Below are positions 1 to 13,184 of a stretch of DNA of 64,000 bases, one piece after another (positions within the stretch are counted from its first letter, which is position 1; every line of letters starts with the position of its first letter). The notes under the pieces were generated by a model. The model had not been told where the DNA came from. It saw nothing but the letters and a program-made list of their open reading frames with translations, and did no database searches. Origin of the DNA: Phoronis australis (Eukaryota > Animalia > Phoronida); NCBI GenBank assembly GCA_002633005.1, contig NMRA01000196.1:661047-725046 (forward strand), given 5' to 3'. Both the position numbers and the translations under genes were made by a program.

Positions 1-301
1 CACCGGCCTTAACATCAGCGAATGACAGTCACACAGTGGCGAGCCTTAGCGATTTGTAATAAAATTTCAAACAACAACAGATTTTGTTGATTTTTAGCTC
101 TGGTCAGATCTAGTAACTACTAGATATTTCTCCTAATAAGTCCCACCATCCGAGGGTTTTATGTTGATGGGGACTCCTTGTGAAACCTCCGGTAGATATG
201 AGAGTTTTCATGCTTGAATTTCTATAGCAACACCCTGCAGAAAATTGTATTGCTTCAAATTCCAACTTGTTTCAGGTGATGGAAGTGTTTTCTTATTTTA
301 G

Positions 302-399
302 GCTGCTTTTAATTATGCTGACAAGAATAAAGACGGAAACGTTAATTTTCGGGAGCTTCTTGACGTACAGCGTGCATATCTACTAGCATCGGGCGATCT
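302..399 (+). CDS. Penultimate coding exon of EF-hand secretory protein, paralog A (AAFNYADKNKDGNVNFRELLDVQRAYLLASGD)
   Basis: Acceptor tcttattttag, donor gtaagt; 98 nt, phase 0 to 2; EF-hand loop DKNKDGNVNFRE; same length as and near-identical to exon 50150-50247. Confidence 0.88.
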
Positions 400-509
400 G
401 TAAGTATCGTTTTTTCTACTGGATCTGCTTTGGAGGTCTCATTAGTTCTGCACTGTGTTATGCGTTTGCATAAATTATGAGCGTACAGGTAATTTGCCTT
501 CACAGCAAC

Positions 510-771
510 TGTTGTGTATCTTACTTTGTCAAATAAAGTAGACACTCCATGAACTACGCAGTGAAACGAACAGAATTGAACTGAACACTGAACTGATTTA
601 TTCTACATATCATCACAATATATATACACACAACTACATAACAACATATGATGGGTTACCTATGACACACTTCCTGTACTAGGAATCGCATGACATAATA
701 CCAATTAAACTACTGAACTCATAAACAATAACAACCTACAAACATCCTGTTATTGTGTGACTAAGTACACA
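510..771 (-). mobile_element. Short insertion, possibly the 3' end of a non-LTR element
   Basis: Absent from the paralogous intron (~50345); flanked by direct repeat acagcaac (502-509, 772-779); minus strand has AATAAA followed by an (agttc)n-like tail. Confidence 0.45.
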
Positions 772-1099
772 ACAGCAACGGTCCAGGTAAAAGTTAATTG
801 TGAAACATCATACAAAGGTAAACAAAAATGATGAATCATGGTAACCATACCTGTCACCAGGCTACTAACGATTCCAGAAAATCTTAGAATGTGGGCAACG
901 TAAAAACAAGTCCTCTTTTCAAAGAGAACACCCGCTAATTGTTTTCCTACAATTTGGTTTGAGCATCACATTGGGAAAGCATCAATTACTAAAATATACT
1001 GAGGGGTAGTTCCAACCTATATTGGCTTAATTTCGTCCACCAATGCTCGAGAGACTTCATGCATGGTGTTCTGTTCAAACTTCTAATGAGTATAAACTC

Positions 1100-1830
1100 T
1101 TTAGCCAAAGCGAAAGAGTTTAGGACACAAATTTCCTATTCTAGAATTAAATTCTCTGCAGGACCAAAAACATACGCAAAACCAAAATTATCGCGCCAGA
1201 ACCTACAACTTTTCACGTTTGGACCAAATATCAACACGCCAGGATCGAATATTCATCAAGCCAGGACAAATAAATTGAGCGCACCAGGACATTCCAGGAG
1301 AAAATTTCTTGCCACGTTAAAATTTCATGGCAGGAGAAAATTTCGTGCCTGGAGAAAATATCCTGACGAGAGAAAATTTCATGCCTGGTGACCACGTGAC
1401 AATGACAATCTGTTGTGTCTGTAATATTCGGCCATATCCAAGTTGTGTGTGTCCAAGTGTACATGTACATTGTTTTCTGTTGTAAAACTTGGAAGAAACG
1501 AAAGAAATTCAACTTCATTATCAATGTGACGTCAGCGATACATTGTGTTCCTATCGCGCCATCACTTTAAGGGACCACGTGATTGTATATGGCCACGTGG
1601 TCTCCTGGCAGGAAATTTGCCTGAGGTGAAATTTTCTGACGTGTCCAATTTTCCGGAACTAATGCATTTTGTGTCCAGGCGTGATAAATTTTGAGACCTG
1701 ATGTGTTAAATTTTGGTCCTGGCGTAATAAACTATTGGTCCTGGCGCGATACGTTTTGATTTGAGTATATTTTGCTCTTGCAGAGTTAATCCTTGAACAG
1801 AAAATGTATTGCCTGGAATTTTTCCCAGTT
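1100..1830. repeat. Foldback / long-TIR non-autonomous element in the last intron (also ~18440-19060 and ~50680-52040)
   Basis: Arms are inverted (ctctgcaggaccaaaaacatac versus gtatgtttttggtcctgcagag in copy B) and carry many short aaaattt/ccaggaga sub-repeats; ends approximate. Confidence 0.6.
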
Positions 1831-3101
1831 TGGATTTCGATACCTTTCATTGTTCTCTCTGTGACCCAACATGGCGCAAGAGTGAGAAGGCCCTTTCTCG
1901 AAACATTTGGAGCACCCACCGTTTGACAGAGAAAAACTCGTTTGCTTACGTTGCAAAAGTATTATTTTGACCATACAAGTATACACATTCCATCACGTTT
2001 TAAATAACAAGAATCCGTTGAACGAAGGACTCACCTACGTTGACAACCGAAGCGGTCAAAATTGGGCAATTCAAGCGGTTTGCTTATCGAAATCTGCGGC
2101 AATAATCAAAGACACCGTGTAGTTGTTATTAATTATGTCGTCTTAGGTTAAACTGGGGCAACAGTAGACAAGAATTTTTTAAGTTTTCGATTGGAAAATT
2201 TCTAAAAAGCACACTTGAATATATCATGAAACGCTCTTGTGGACAGGTCTTTGAATAAAAAACATGACTTTTCAGGGCCTTAGGAAGCGGGGGGAGTCAG
2301 GGTAGCGGACATAGGCGTGGAGCCGGGGACAGTCGAGAAAGGAAAGACTGCAAAATGCGGATAAGATAGAAAATTCAAGAGAACATTTAGCAACTTTGTA
2401 GCAGTGGGTGGTTTATCTTTTGAGGACTCTGATGAGGATATTGTCGTTAGGGTCTCCGCTTTTCCAGCACAGGTAGTCTAAACGCACTTGAAAATGTGCC
2501 CATAATCATTCAAACATAGATTTTGAAATGTTGAGAAAATTAGTAAAGCGAAGCTTTTACAGAGCGTACTAAATTCAATATCTCAACTTTGCGAATGCAA
2601 AACTATATTTTTTCAGAGGCTTTTTTCTGGCAAGGAATAATGGACACAATGTTTGCTTTATTTTTTAAGCTGTTTATTATTTGAGAAATTTGGGTACTTG
2701 ACAGATAACTTGAATTGCTGCGCATTTCCTAATTTTTGAAGATATAGATAGTACTTTCATATATAGAAGAAGAACATTGATAGCATTGAAGTGGTCACCC
2801 TTTTTGTGCTTTTATTGACAAATTCTTAATTGACTGCTCACGGAGGGGTACCAATGTTGTAATCGATTACCTCTATCAGGGATTGACTGTGGGTTTGTTT
2901 AAACGGTAGATATGCTTTGAGATTGTGGGTACATGGAGAGAGAATAATTAAATCCAGTAATGAATTAATGATATGATAACCACTAATTAGGCAAGTGAAA
3001 CCTGTTGTTAATCAAGTAATCAATTACGAAGAAGGGTAACTACGCTATCGCCCTCTTTAAAGATTACTTCATTCAATCAAGCAGAATAATCAAATGTCTT
3101 A

Positions 3102-3781
3102 TGGAGGCCCAGAACACGGGATATAGGCACTGAACAGCTCCCAGGGGTTGGCCTATCAGAACACACGTCAATGGACTCTTCACGCTTTCTTCACTCTGTC
3201 AAAAACTGCATGCAAATAAAGAAAAGTTTTGAGTCATTTCACATCACAAGCCTACAGATAAGCACAGAATCTTTCTTTTTCTCTCTTGTATTTTTGACTC
3301 TTTCACTCCCACTGAAAACCAAGCTAGACTAAGAAAAGTAAGGTAAAAAAATGCAAAATTAGCACTTTTCACCCCAAAACCACCACTCCTGCCAATGCTC
3401 GACTAAAGCCAACATTAAATTCCGAAAGCAAATTTCCTACTGATTCCAAAAATGCGGTCCAAATGTACTGTCAGGTAACTAGTTTTTTTACAAATGTGAC
3501 TTGTTTGAGGTCTACCTGAAACCGCGGTCAATTTCTCAGTTGCTACACAGCAATGCACAATTGCAACAGGGTGCCTCCATCTTGAAGAAGAGTGCAGCTA
3601 CAGCCGAGAAAGTGGCCTTTTTTAATCTCAGCATGTTCACAAAGACAAACAAACCATATTTACTTGGCCTACATAAAGTACCTAACCAACAAACGCCCCC
3701 CAAGCCTGGCCTACCCCTAGATTTTAATATCTCGGGAGTTCAAATTGGCCGCGGCCGCAGCCTAACTGTTCAGTGCCACCT
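3102..3781. mobile_element. MITE-like insertion specific to copy A
   Basis: Missing at the homologous sites (~26220, ~57145); inverted 12-mer ggcactgaacag / ctgttcagtgcc near the ends. Confidence 0.5.
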
Positions 3782-4099
3782 ATCTGCATAACACTTGTTG
3801 GATGACAGTCCGGTTGGTGAATCTTTGCTGGTCACAGTCTATGGTAACGCAACACTTCCAGGCAGTATCTTCTACCTACGATTCCTCTCTCTGGTCACTG
3901 TCTCTCGTGACGCAAAACTTGCAGCCAGAACTGTTCTACCTACGATTTCTCTCGCTGGTCACAGTTCCTCGTGACGCATCACGTATAGGCAGTATTCTAC
4001 TACTCACGATGCAAGTGACAAGGTCTTAGTTAACTTCCTGTTCGTCAACTCTTGGCCTTGCCAAGACCCTCTTTAGAATCTTCCACGAGATGGCTCTGT

Positions 4100-5830
4100 C
4101 GTACACTTTTCTTTGTACACTGTAGCAAGTCTTTTAGCTTCAGCTACTATAACTCATCTGAATATGCTGTTAATTTCAACCCATATTATAATATTCTACT
4201 TATTTAGCGATTGGCTAATAAAAACCACATGATCTTATCTAGTCATATCATTGGTTGTGACGATTTGCTGTCAGAAATTTCTAGAATCTTTAGAATGCTT
4301 TGACCCCAGAACCAAAGTAATAAACACCATGTAAAAGAGATTTTGACGTTAAAATACAGGTCGATAATTTTGACTCCATGATTTAAAAGTACATATGCAC
4401 AAATTTTGGGCAACTTAAATTAGATCTTTTCTTACTAATTACTTATTCGATATTCATTCTGACATCCTATATTTTGCTGTTTTTTGTGAAACCGTACAAC
4501 CGGCTTTCATGTTGAAGAAGGTCACTTCCGTCATCGTTGTGTATCCACACGGTGGCGGAATAAACTGTAGATCCTCTTTTTTCCAAGCTTAATGATGTTT
4601 AGCCTTTCATCTTAAGGTGTCCCAATTTAGACGGGACCTTCTCTTGGTGCAGCAGTTCGGGGGAAATTTCCCTTTGTCCCTCTATACATGTAAATCCGAC
4701 ACTGCCAAGTATTCAAGAAGGAAGTTGAGATACCAAACTCATCGAAAACCCTCAAACATTCGTACACAGGCGTATCAAGACAATCGACCAAAACAACCAA
4801 ACTGGAGAAAAATACAATAGGATTGGACTTTTGAAGAAGGTGAAGACCACTATTTGTGAAGTACACAAAAGGACTAGCTACATGTATTTGATGGTTATTT
4901 ATAAAAATAATGTTACTGTTTGCCACAGTATCACATGAATATTATTTCTGATGAAGATGGTTACTATGAGTAGTTTGTACGGACTTTGCAAATGTGGGAA
5001 ACACTGCTGTCTATGCTACAATTTTTGTAATGACCGTGTACATGTCGAAAGGTGTGCTCAAAAAACTCTCGCAATCATCAGCAAAGATTTCAGCTTTTTC
5101 GTCAGTGGAGTTCAAGTTTACCTCGTGAATCGTTATAGGTACCACTGAAATGAGCAAAAATACACCTTAATAGGAATGCCCCATCTCCCATGTTCCACCG
5201 GTTACCCGTAAAAAATCTGCAAACATGCCTGTGGAAATTGCTTATAACATTCCGTTTTGATAAACAAATTCACTGGTTTCTAATTTATTTGTTTACATTT
5301 ATGTAGCTACGAAAGTCGGTAGATCTGTAGATGATTTTTAACAATTAGAACCTAAACTTTTAAGACTTGATGATGTTTCAGTGAATTTAATTGCAGCATG
5401 AAGATGCAAAAACTCTATAATCTGATCCCCAATAGTAAACTACACTTAGACGATTTTGCCTATCTAAAATAGCTCTCAAAGACATTGATGAAATTCAGAC
5501 TCACAGACTGTAGATCGAAAAAAAATTAAAAGTCTTTAAATAAATAAAGTCATTGCTTGGAAATGTTGTCTTTGCACTTCCTTGGTGTTTTGTCTTCCAG
5601 TAGTATTGAGCAATGAATTTTAGTTCCTCAAAACTGAACTGTTTGCTTGCCCCGATTGCCGTGCACTTCAAGACTGACGGACACACGTTTAAAATAAGAT
5701 GTAACCATGCAGTAGGCCAGTGCATAATCTGAGTGACCCACGGAACGTGAACGCCAGGCCTTGAAGAAGGCTCATTTTTGATGCACACTCTGTATCATTT
5801 TCCCCAACCACCAGAAACTAGATTACCGGC
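4100..5830 (+). mobile_element. Highly decayed Penelope-like (Neptune-type?) RT/GIY-YIG relic; partial copies ~27330-28580 and ~57440-57790
   Basis: Collinear motif remnants across frameshifts: YLxxIIGC (YxDD-like), FLESLECFDPRTK, FDVKIQV, SQFRR, GLCKCGKHCCLC..VYLV, PIAVHFKTDGHTF, FLMHTL. Recognised by eye only. Confidence 0.4.
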
Positions 5831-6667
5831 CGTGTCTCAACAAGGGATTTTGAAACAGCCCCAAAGGCACTATAACAGGGACCTTGGGACCTCACCTTTT
5901 CAAAAACATCCTTCAAAGAATGACCATAATAAAATACAATTTTCCCGAAACTGTGTCACCTTAAAAGGAATCTTGTCCGTAGAGGCAGCGCAGACGGCCG
6001 GTACGAGCAGCCTGTCTCAAGTGAATCATAGCTGAGCTGACCAGGAGCTAAATTTAGTTCATCGGAATTTTGCATTTTCACGCTGTTAGATCTCAGCCAC
6101 CTACTTTAGGCAGCTCCTCGGCACCGGTCAGTGTATTGGTCCTAGGCCCACTCTTACTCTCCGTGTTGAATCACGGTTACCCAACTCTTGATGGCTGGAT
6201 CCCCGGGATTGTCCCCCACCTAGGGCGGACGTGGGAGATTCGATGCAAATATGGTGGTATCGGGAGCACGGGGTGGTGGCGATGGGGGTGTACTTTGGTA
6301 AATTTGAAACGGTTTGTGCCCACACAATAATCTTTGCCTTCCTAGGGGCCTGCTTTTACAGCTGTCACGTACAACTTTTGTAAAATGTGGCCAATAATCC
6401 GATTCTCATTAATTCTATTATTTTTCCAACATAATTGGAAAACATACCATTTAAACCAGGAGGCAACAGTTGTATTTTGAGGTAAGTCAAGTGTCATCAT
6501 ACAATTCTCGGCAAGTTAGAGATACAGAGTACGCGTAATTTAAGCTCGGAAATGTCGCACGAGGCTTTTACCCTTGCAGCATGGAATGTCGCAGGAGATA
6601 GAGCAACAGACAATACATGGATATATCAAAATCTTACATGGACTTTTCAATATTCACTTTATTTCAG

Positions 6668-6878
6668 GGGATTTCCGGTTTTCAAGATCCTTTACGATGT
6701 GGACAAAGACAGGAATGGCATAATCAACCCGATGGAAATGAAGCTGTTCAACGCAATTCTCGAGGGTGTTATCAAAAACCTCAAGTTTTCAGTCGACATG
6801 AAAGACGCGGCCAAACTTGTGGCTAGTCGTCTAGGGTTGTTTGACTTTTCTAAATATGGAGAAGATAACGACATGTAA
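6668..6878 (+). CDS. Terminal coding exon of EF-hand secretory protein, paralog A (GFPVFKILYDVDKDRNGIINPME...KYGEDNDM*)
   Basis: Acceptor ttcactttatttcag; phase matches exon 302-399; EF-hand loop DKDRNGIINPME; 211 nt, same length as 52613-52823. Confidence 0.9.
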
Positions 6879-6949
6879 AGTAAAGACATTCAACATTTCG
6901 CTTATTACACTTGGCATGATTTAATCAATTAAGCGTTTCAAGAGCGAAT

Positions 6950-6955
6950 AATAAA
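6950..6955 (+). terminator. Polyadenylation signal of paralog A
   Basis: AATAAA ~70 nt after the stop, conserved in copy C (52891-52896). Confidence 0.7.
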
Positions 6956-7006
6956 GCGAGTCAAACTGATCGCATCTGGTTGTGATATTATTTTACTAAG
7001 AAAATA

Positions 7007-7226
7007 ACTCCCCCTCCATTTGGCTAAGTGGTCAAAAAGGTTCGCCTCAGAGAAACAAAAAGTCCGAGAAAACGAGACAAAAGACCACTAAAAGGCGCAA
7101 ATGCACGATTCATAGCTCTGAGCGTGGTACTCAGATTTTTAGGCTCCGTTCTTCGAATCTCCCATTTGTTAGTCCATATTGTCAAAAATTCGAGCTCCCC
7201 TATATTTTAGGCTGGGTGCGCACATG
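7007..7226. mobile_element. One-end-truncated copy of the CATGCGCGCACCCAG-TIR MITE family
   Basis: Ends in ctgggtgcgcacatg; internal sequence resembles 14221-14473; orthologous fuller copy at 52957-53213. Confidence 0.6.
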
Positions 7227-10200
7227 GTCTGTGAACTATATAAAATTTAGTACTTACAGAGGCACGAGCGACACAGTCCAAGCATGGACTGTACTGCGAT
7301 TAATCAGTAGCGCAGGACAGCGGCGAGAATTCTTTTCTTTCAGCATTGTCAGTACTCTACATGAGCGGTCTCGAGCTCTCTCGCAAAACCCTCGCATTCA
7401 ATCGCTTATATAATCTCGCTGTTTTTTTTTACAAGACACTTGCTACTCTGTGTGTGTGAGTGCCGGTCCTAGTTTTTTCTTGAACAAAGGAACATTCGAT
7501 CTTTCCCAGTGGTTGAAATTTGTGATGCATCGTGGGAAATGTGTACCGTTGATTTTAAGTTGAACTACAGAGCACGATTTGACGTAATTTCCAGTTCAGT
7601 ACCTGGACTACCTTGTTTTCGACAGACATTCAACCAAAGCATGCGCGCCAAGACACACTTCATATTCTTGCACCGTACAGCGGCTAAGCTCAATAGCACC
7701 GTGAACGAGTTTTTACAAATCTAGTCTACCTATAAGATACTGAAACAAGGTGTTTTCAAATGTTTCTCTAAAGCACTTAGAAAAGTTGTAATACCGCTCA
7801 GTAAAGATGGTACCAAATCCGGAAACAGATACTAAAAACGACTTTCCCATCCATTTCTATAAACAAAATAGTGCTCACCACTCTAAGAGGATTGGAAGAA
7901 AAGTTGAACACTCCTTTTAAGATCTTCTTGATTGGTGTTTTAGCAAATAGCACAGCCACTATGGGGAAAAACACCCACCAAGGGCCATCATGTCAAATTT
8001 GTGAGAAAATGGAAATCCATGCACCGCAATAATCGCTATGCAAAATGCCTAACTGCTTGAAAGATCACCAGAAATATAATTTGGGTATGAAGGGTTTGAA
8101 ACCCAGTAGATCAACCCACTTGTACAATAGAGGCGTACCTCACCCTAGCGACCTCCAGAAAGAGCAAAGGCAAGAGTACTCGTCGTCAATAACTCATCGC
8201 AATACAAAAATGTTTAAATTTGAATGCAACAGTGGAGTTCGAACCCGGAGAGTTCGTAATAAGGATTCGACTATGCGAATACCAAAGGTTAGGCTTGCCT
8301 AAAACAAGTTAATAGCAATTTACAAAAACAACGAAACGCCGAGATAAAACAGGATTTAGCATAATTATCTTTCTGGGGCCACTTCTTCTGAAACGAAATA
8401 GGACAGCACATTTGCTACATGTAGATTCAGGCCAGTTCCGCAAAAAATTACTTTTTCAAAAATTTTCCTTCTCGTTCAGTTCGATTACCAGGCCTACCAG
8501 ATTTCACCCCGGGAGTTTTGAGTCCGACACGCACCCGACAAGGTTCAAAACACGCATTTATAGGTGACCAAAACGTCTAAGTAATTGTCAAAAAAACGAT
8601 TTGAAAGTGAAGCCAAAGACCTGAGGACTGACTCTTCTCCATCGTCGTTATGTAGTCACGGAAGTTTCCGACGTTAGAATTTTCCCGGACATGACGTAAG
8701 CTGCATCACAGAGATGTTACTTGAATTGACACGGCAATGGTAAGTTGGCCTGGTGCGCGCCTAGAGTCCGTAGGCAATAATAATAAATGAGATTTTTCAG
8801 ATGCTAATTTGGGCGAACTGGCGGTAAAACCTGCAGATTTAAGTGGTTTATGCTCAAGTCGGTGAGCCCCTCACTACCAGCTTTGACCTGAATGACACTG
8901 CATTTATTTTTTGCTTATGCCTCTGGAAAATACAATAGCAACTTCAATTAGACCGTCAACTACAAAGATTTTCTCAGTGGATTTGATGTAAGTTGAAAGT
9001 AATCACCCATTTAGATGGTCCGTAGAGGAGTTGAAATGATTACTGAAGGAACTAGACTACATTGATAAAATTCTGGCAAACTATGTCATTCACCCTTGGT
9101 TTGATCATTATGGCGGCCATTTTGAAATCCATAATAGGTGGCATAATTTACATCTTTTAATTAAAGATAATTACAGTGTAACAACCGTTTTGGTAAAAAC
9201 TATGTGCCTGTAGGGTTAGACTCTTTGCGAGATGAATACCCAAAGCAAGTATAGTCCTGATGAGATGCTAGCGGCCATTTTGAGATGCAGTATGGCTGTG
9301 CTCACTATTTATCATTGAACATGTGTTCCACCAACTTCTCGTGGCACATACTGTATGATACGACGTTAAAAGTTATGGATTTGTAAGTCAAACCAAAAAT
9401 AGCCAACGTCAACATTTTTAAATCAACACCATGGTTAGTTAACATGGCTCTACCGAAGTCTACCTACAGTGTAGACCAATTTCAATCAGCACGTCAGAGT
9501 TGACATATACGCCACCTTTCGTGCTTTTATCTAAACTTGAGCAATTTTGGTTCTTAACCGAGCAAAACCCACACTTTGGTTTGTTCATTATGACTATCAT
9601 TTTCAAATCTGATATAGCTGATATTTTGCAGCGTTTTAAAAATAGTAATTTAACTCTCTTGTTTAAGTAACAAATGCGTAAGTTTTGACAACAATTTCAG
9701 TTTTCTTTGAGATGAAATAACAAAGCAAGTATACATATCAGGATAATATGGCGGCCATTTTAAAGTGCGGGTAGTTGGGGTCACATTTCTTCATTAAAAT
9801 TGATTGATTTGAACTACTTATGGATCTATACGTACAAATTGTATTTACAAATTGTGATTTAGACAAAATAAAATGCTAGACAAAATAAAATGCCATGTAA
9901 TAATCTGGGTCAGCATTTTTAATACCCTAAATGACGGCTACTTAGCCTGGTGATAGCGATGAGTTCATAACTTGATATTGGTAAGCACATTACAAATGAC
10001 CAGTACACCAGTACCCATTTTATCAAAAAATAAACAGGTCTAAACATCCGTTAGGTTTCTTAAATTTGATATTTTTGAGTTTTCCCATTAGCTGCTGGTC
10101 CTATGTCTATGGCGGTAAGCTGTGAATGGTGCCACATTTGACATCCATAACCCCCAGCGCTAAGAAATGTGTACGAAATGCTGTTGTGGTCGCTCTACGT

Positions 10201-10227
10201 CAGAGGCTGCATTACTAAAACGTGTTG

Positions 10228-10430
10228 TTACAGATAATACAATTACACGATGCAATAACTTTTTGTTTTAATCAAGGAACGGTTAAGGTGTTAACTTACA
10301 GTGCTGATATGCTGATATGTACAAAGGTAATTCGACATTGGAGAAAAAACAAGTTGAGGCTATGATTCATTCAGAATAAGCAAACAAGGTCAAGACTTTG
10401 CCAGCGCTTTATAAATTAACCATACTTCAT
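10228..10430 (-). mobile_element. 3' end of an L1/Tx1-like LINE fragment (ORF2 end and 3'UTR)
   Basis: Absent from the paralogous copies (~35065, ~55715); minus-strand FIKRWQSL resembles an ORF2 terminus; pairs with the fragment at 13531-13690. Confidence 0.45.
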
Positions 10431-10437
10431 TTTGTTA

Positions 10438-10438
<1 letters not shown>

Positions 10439-10494
<56 letters not shown>
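10439..10494. repeat. (TA)n(TG)n compound microsatellite
   Basis: Directly visible; abuts the 3' end of the Penelope-like element. Confidence 0.95.
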
Positions 10495-10497
<3 letters not shown>

Positions 10498-10812
10498 CAT
10501 TGAAAAGTAAGCTGTTCTTGGCCTTAATTAGTTTGTACAATAAACTTTCGTAGTGTCTACACAAGTGTCTTTCATCGGATGGTAGTTGATATAGTAGATC
10601 GCCCAGTATAAGTGGCATCACGAACACATATATATGAGTAAATATATAATAAAATTCTGTACAAAACATTTCATGATCAAACAGTAGCAGTACTTCGACT
10701 ATACATCAGTCATCAAAGGCAAATAAATTTAAAAATCATAAACGCTATCGTGTAAGAATATAAGGTTGCATACATAAGAGAGCAGTTACAGAAGGAATTG
10801 TCATGGAAACTA
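10493..10812 (-). repeat. 3' pseudo-LTR of the Penelope-like element
   Basis: Direct repeat of 13185-13530, including the 3'UTR and ORF start (MPLILGDLLYQLPSDERHLCRHYESLL); partial-tandem structure typical of PLEs. Confidence 0.88.
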
Positions 10813-13184
10813 TTGTACTATGAAACGTTGTAAAATTTAATAAAATACATAGGTGTTACAACTTATGGACATTATTTATACAACGACAAGGTACGATGGA
10901 ACCCAGTATCTTGGGAATTTAGGTCTGGAGTTTCAGTTTTTATTATTAAAGCTTCGAGTATTTTCAAACGAAAGGCGTCACGTTCGAAATACCTGACGAT
11001 GGTATTGTCAACAATATCTGAACGAGAAATGTTCTGTTTGTGGAGTGTTTGGAAGTGATCTTTAATTGATCCATTCTGTAAATGCATAGATAACCGGCGA
11101 GATAAAGTGCATGTTGTATAACCAACATACCTTGAGCAATCAGTGTTTGAACGAATACATTCGTTGTGGGGGCAAGCAATTGAACTGATAAATCAAGTCA
11201 GTTTTGGCTAACACTCGGACTGACATTGAGCACATATTGTTTTTAACAAGATCCTTAGTTTTATGGTTTTGGTAATATATAATTAACTTAAAGCTATCTT
11301 CTGGCTTAACGGTCTTAACATTATTATGGATGATCCGTTTTAAAACTCGTTCATCTTCAATATAACGAGAATGGAATTGGTTGCGGTAGAATAGTTTCTT
11401 GGTACAACCACTTGCTTGTGTTAAGCACGTAGGTTTCTGCAACCGGCTTATGAAAAGCGTCCTTATTCTCATCAACAAACTTATTGGTGTAACCGTTATT
11501 TATCATAATTTGCTTAATGCGATTACACTCAGTGATGAAGGTTTTCCAGTCTGAGCAAACGGAATATGCTCTTTCCAAAAAGCTTGTCAAAACAGAGAGT
11601 TTATGTCTCATAGGACATTGGCTACAAACTCCATCATATGTAGGTTTCCTGTATACTGAGGTTTTAATGCCAGATTCATCATAATCAATAAGAACGTCTA
11701 AGAACGGTAGCTTGTTATTAACTGGTAATTCATGCGTAAATTTTAATACAGAATTTTACTCTAAAGAGAGTTTGATCTCCATCAGCTTATCATGGTTGAC
11801 AATCATAAAGATATCATCAACATACCTGCAGTACATGTTCGGCTTTTCCTGAAGACTATCAATAACCTTAGCTTCAATGTTGCACATGTAAAAATCAGCA
11901 AAAGTTGGTGCGAGATGTGATCCCATGGATACACCACTGGTTTGTCAATACAGTTTGCCATCGATGTTCCTAAAAGGTACATTTGTAGTGCAAAGTAACA
12001 AAAAAATCTCTAATTACCTCTTTAGGAATACTGAGAGGAGCCATTGATACATGGTTGTACATAGAAGATATTATTATTTCTACAGTTTCAACAACAGGGA
12101 CGTTAGTAAATAAACTTTCAACGTCAAGAGATACAGGATAGGAATTTGGTGTTGCGTCAATAGATCTTAATAAATCTAAAAATTCATTACGAGATTTCAC
12201 ATTGTACTTATAGGGTAAGTATTGTTTAATAAGTTTATCTAATGTTCTAGCAATTTCATAGGTAGGGGTTAACACTTGAGAAATGATGGGTCTTAGTGGG
12301 TACCCTTGCTTGTGTGTTTTAGGATCACCGTACAAGTATCCTTCTGAAAAATCACCATCAACAATTTTGAAATACTGTTTATGAGCATTAGCTAGTTTAA
12401 ATAAACGGTTTAACTCTTTCTTAAGATTATTTATGGGGTTACGATTTATACTCTCAAACTTTGACTTGTCAGCGATGATGTTATTCAGCTTCTCTTTGTA
12501 GTTGTTCTTATTCATTATGACATACGCAGTTGTCGTATCGGACTTCCTAATAACAATGTCATCATTGTTCCTCAGTTGCTTGGCGGCAATACGAGGTTCT
12601 TTTGTTAATATTCTTGTGGAATTTCTTGAATTGGATCTGTTCTTTGGTCCTTCTGCCTTGAGCTGGTCTTTAATATTTGTATTAACATTGACAAAGCCAT
12701 CTCTCTCAAGATTTTCAATATCTTGGTAAAGTTTTTCAAGTTCAACACGTTTTCGTACAAATCAAATCGAGGTTTAAGGTGTATATTCATTCCCGATGAC
12801 AAAAAATATGTTCATCTTCTGCAAGTTGATGATCAGACAAATCCATGTATGGTTTAGGCTCTTGCGGTGTAACTATAGCACCTTTATATAAATTTTCTAG
12901 TTTTTTATGATCGTGTTTGTAGACTTCATCTGCTCTTTATCAACATAGGAGTGGATACGTTGTAAAATTTCATGCATCAAATGACCTTTTTGCGTTTCAA
13001 TTCTCTCCAATTCATGCTTGACTGTTTTGATTTGACTAGTCAAACTGCTAATGTTAGATTCCGCATGATGTAATTGTCTTGTAACAAGTTGTTTCCTATA
13101 CTCAAGAGTGAAGGCTTCTTCTCGGACTGCACGGTCATGGAGCTGAATATCTGTGTATTTGGGTAGCAGACCTTCTTTTATACA

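Noticed and set aside
1059-1524. Overlapping ORFs with repetitive RRKF / HEIFS motifs
   Set aside because: They arise from the short sub-repeats of the intronic foldback element, and the frames are not conserved in the paralogous copies.
6552-6667. N-terminal part of ORF 6552..6878 (and of 52560..52823) as a single-exon gene
   Set aside because: Similarity between paralogs breaks down upstream, and a polypyrimidine tract plus AG acceptor lies at 6667 and 52612, so this part is intron.
8225-8290. GGTTCGAAC B-box-like motif (also ~54246) suggesting a tRNA gene
   Set aside because: No cloverleaf, acceptor stem or convincing A-box could be built; at most a decayed SINE-like remnant.
11940-11950. 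In-frame TGA in the PLE RT as possible selenocysteine recoding (reported for some Naiad elements)
   Set aside because: The same ORF also has a TAA and several frameshifts; simple decay such as CGA>TGA is the more economical explanation.
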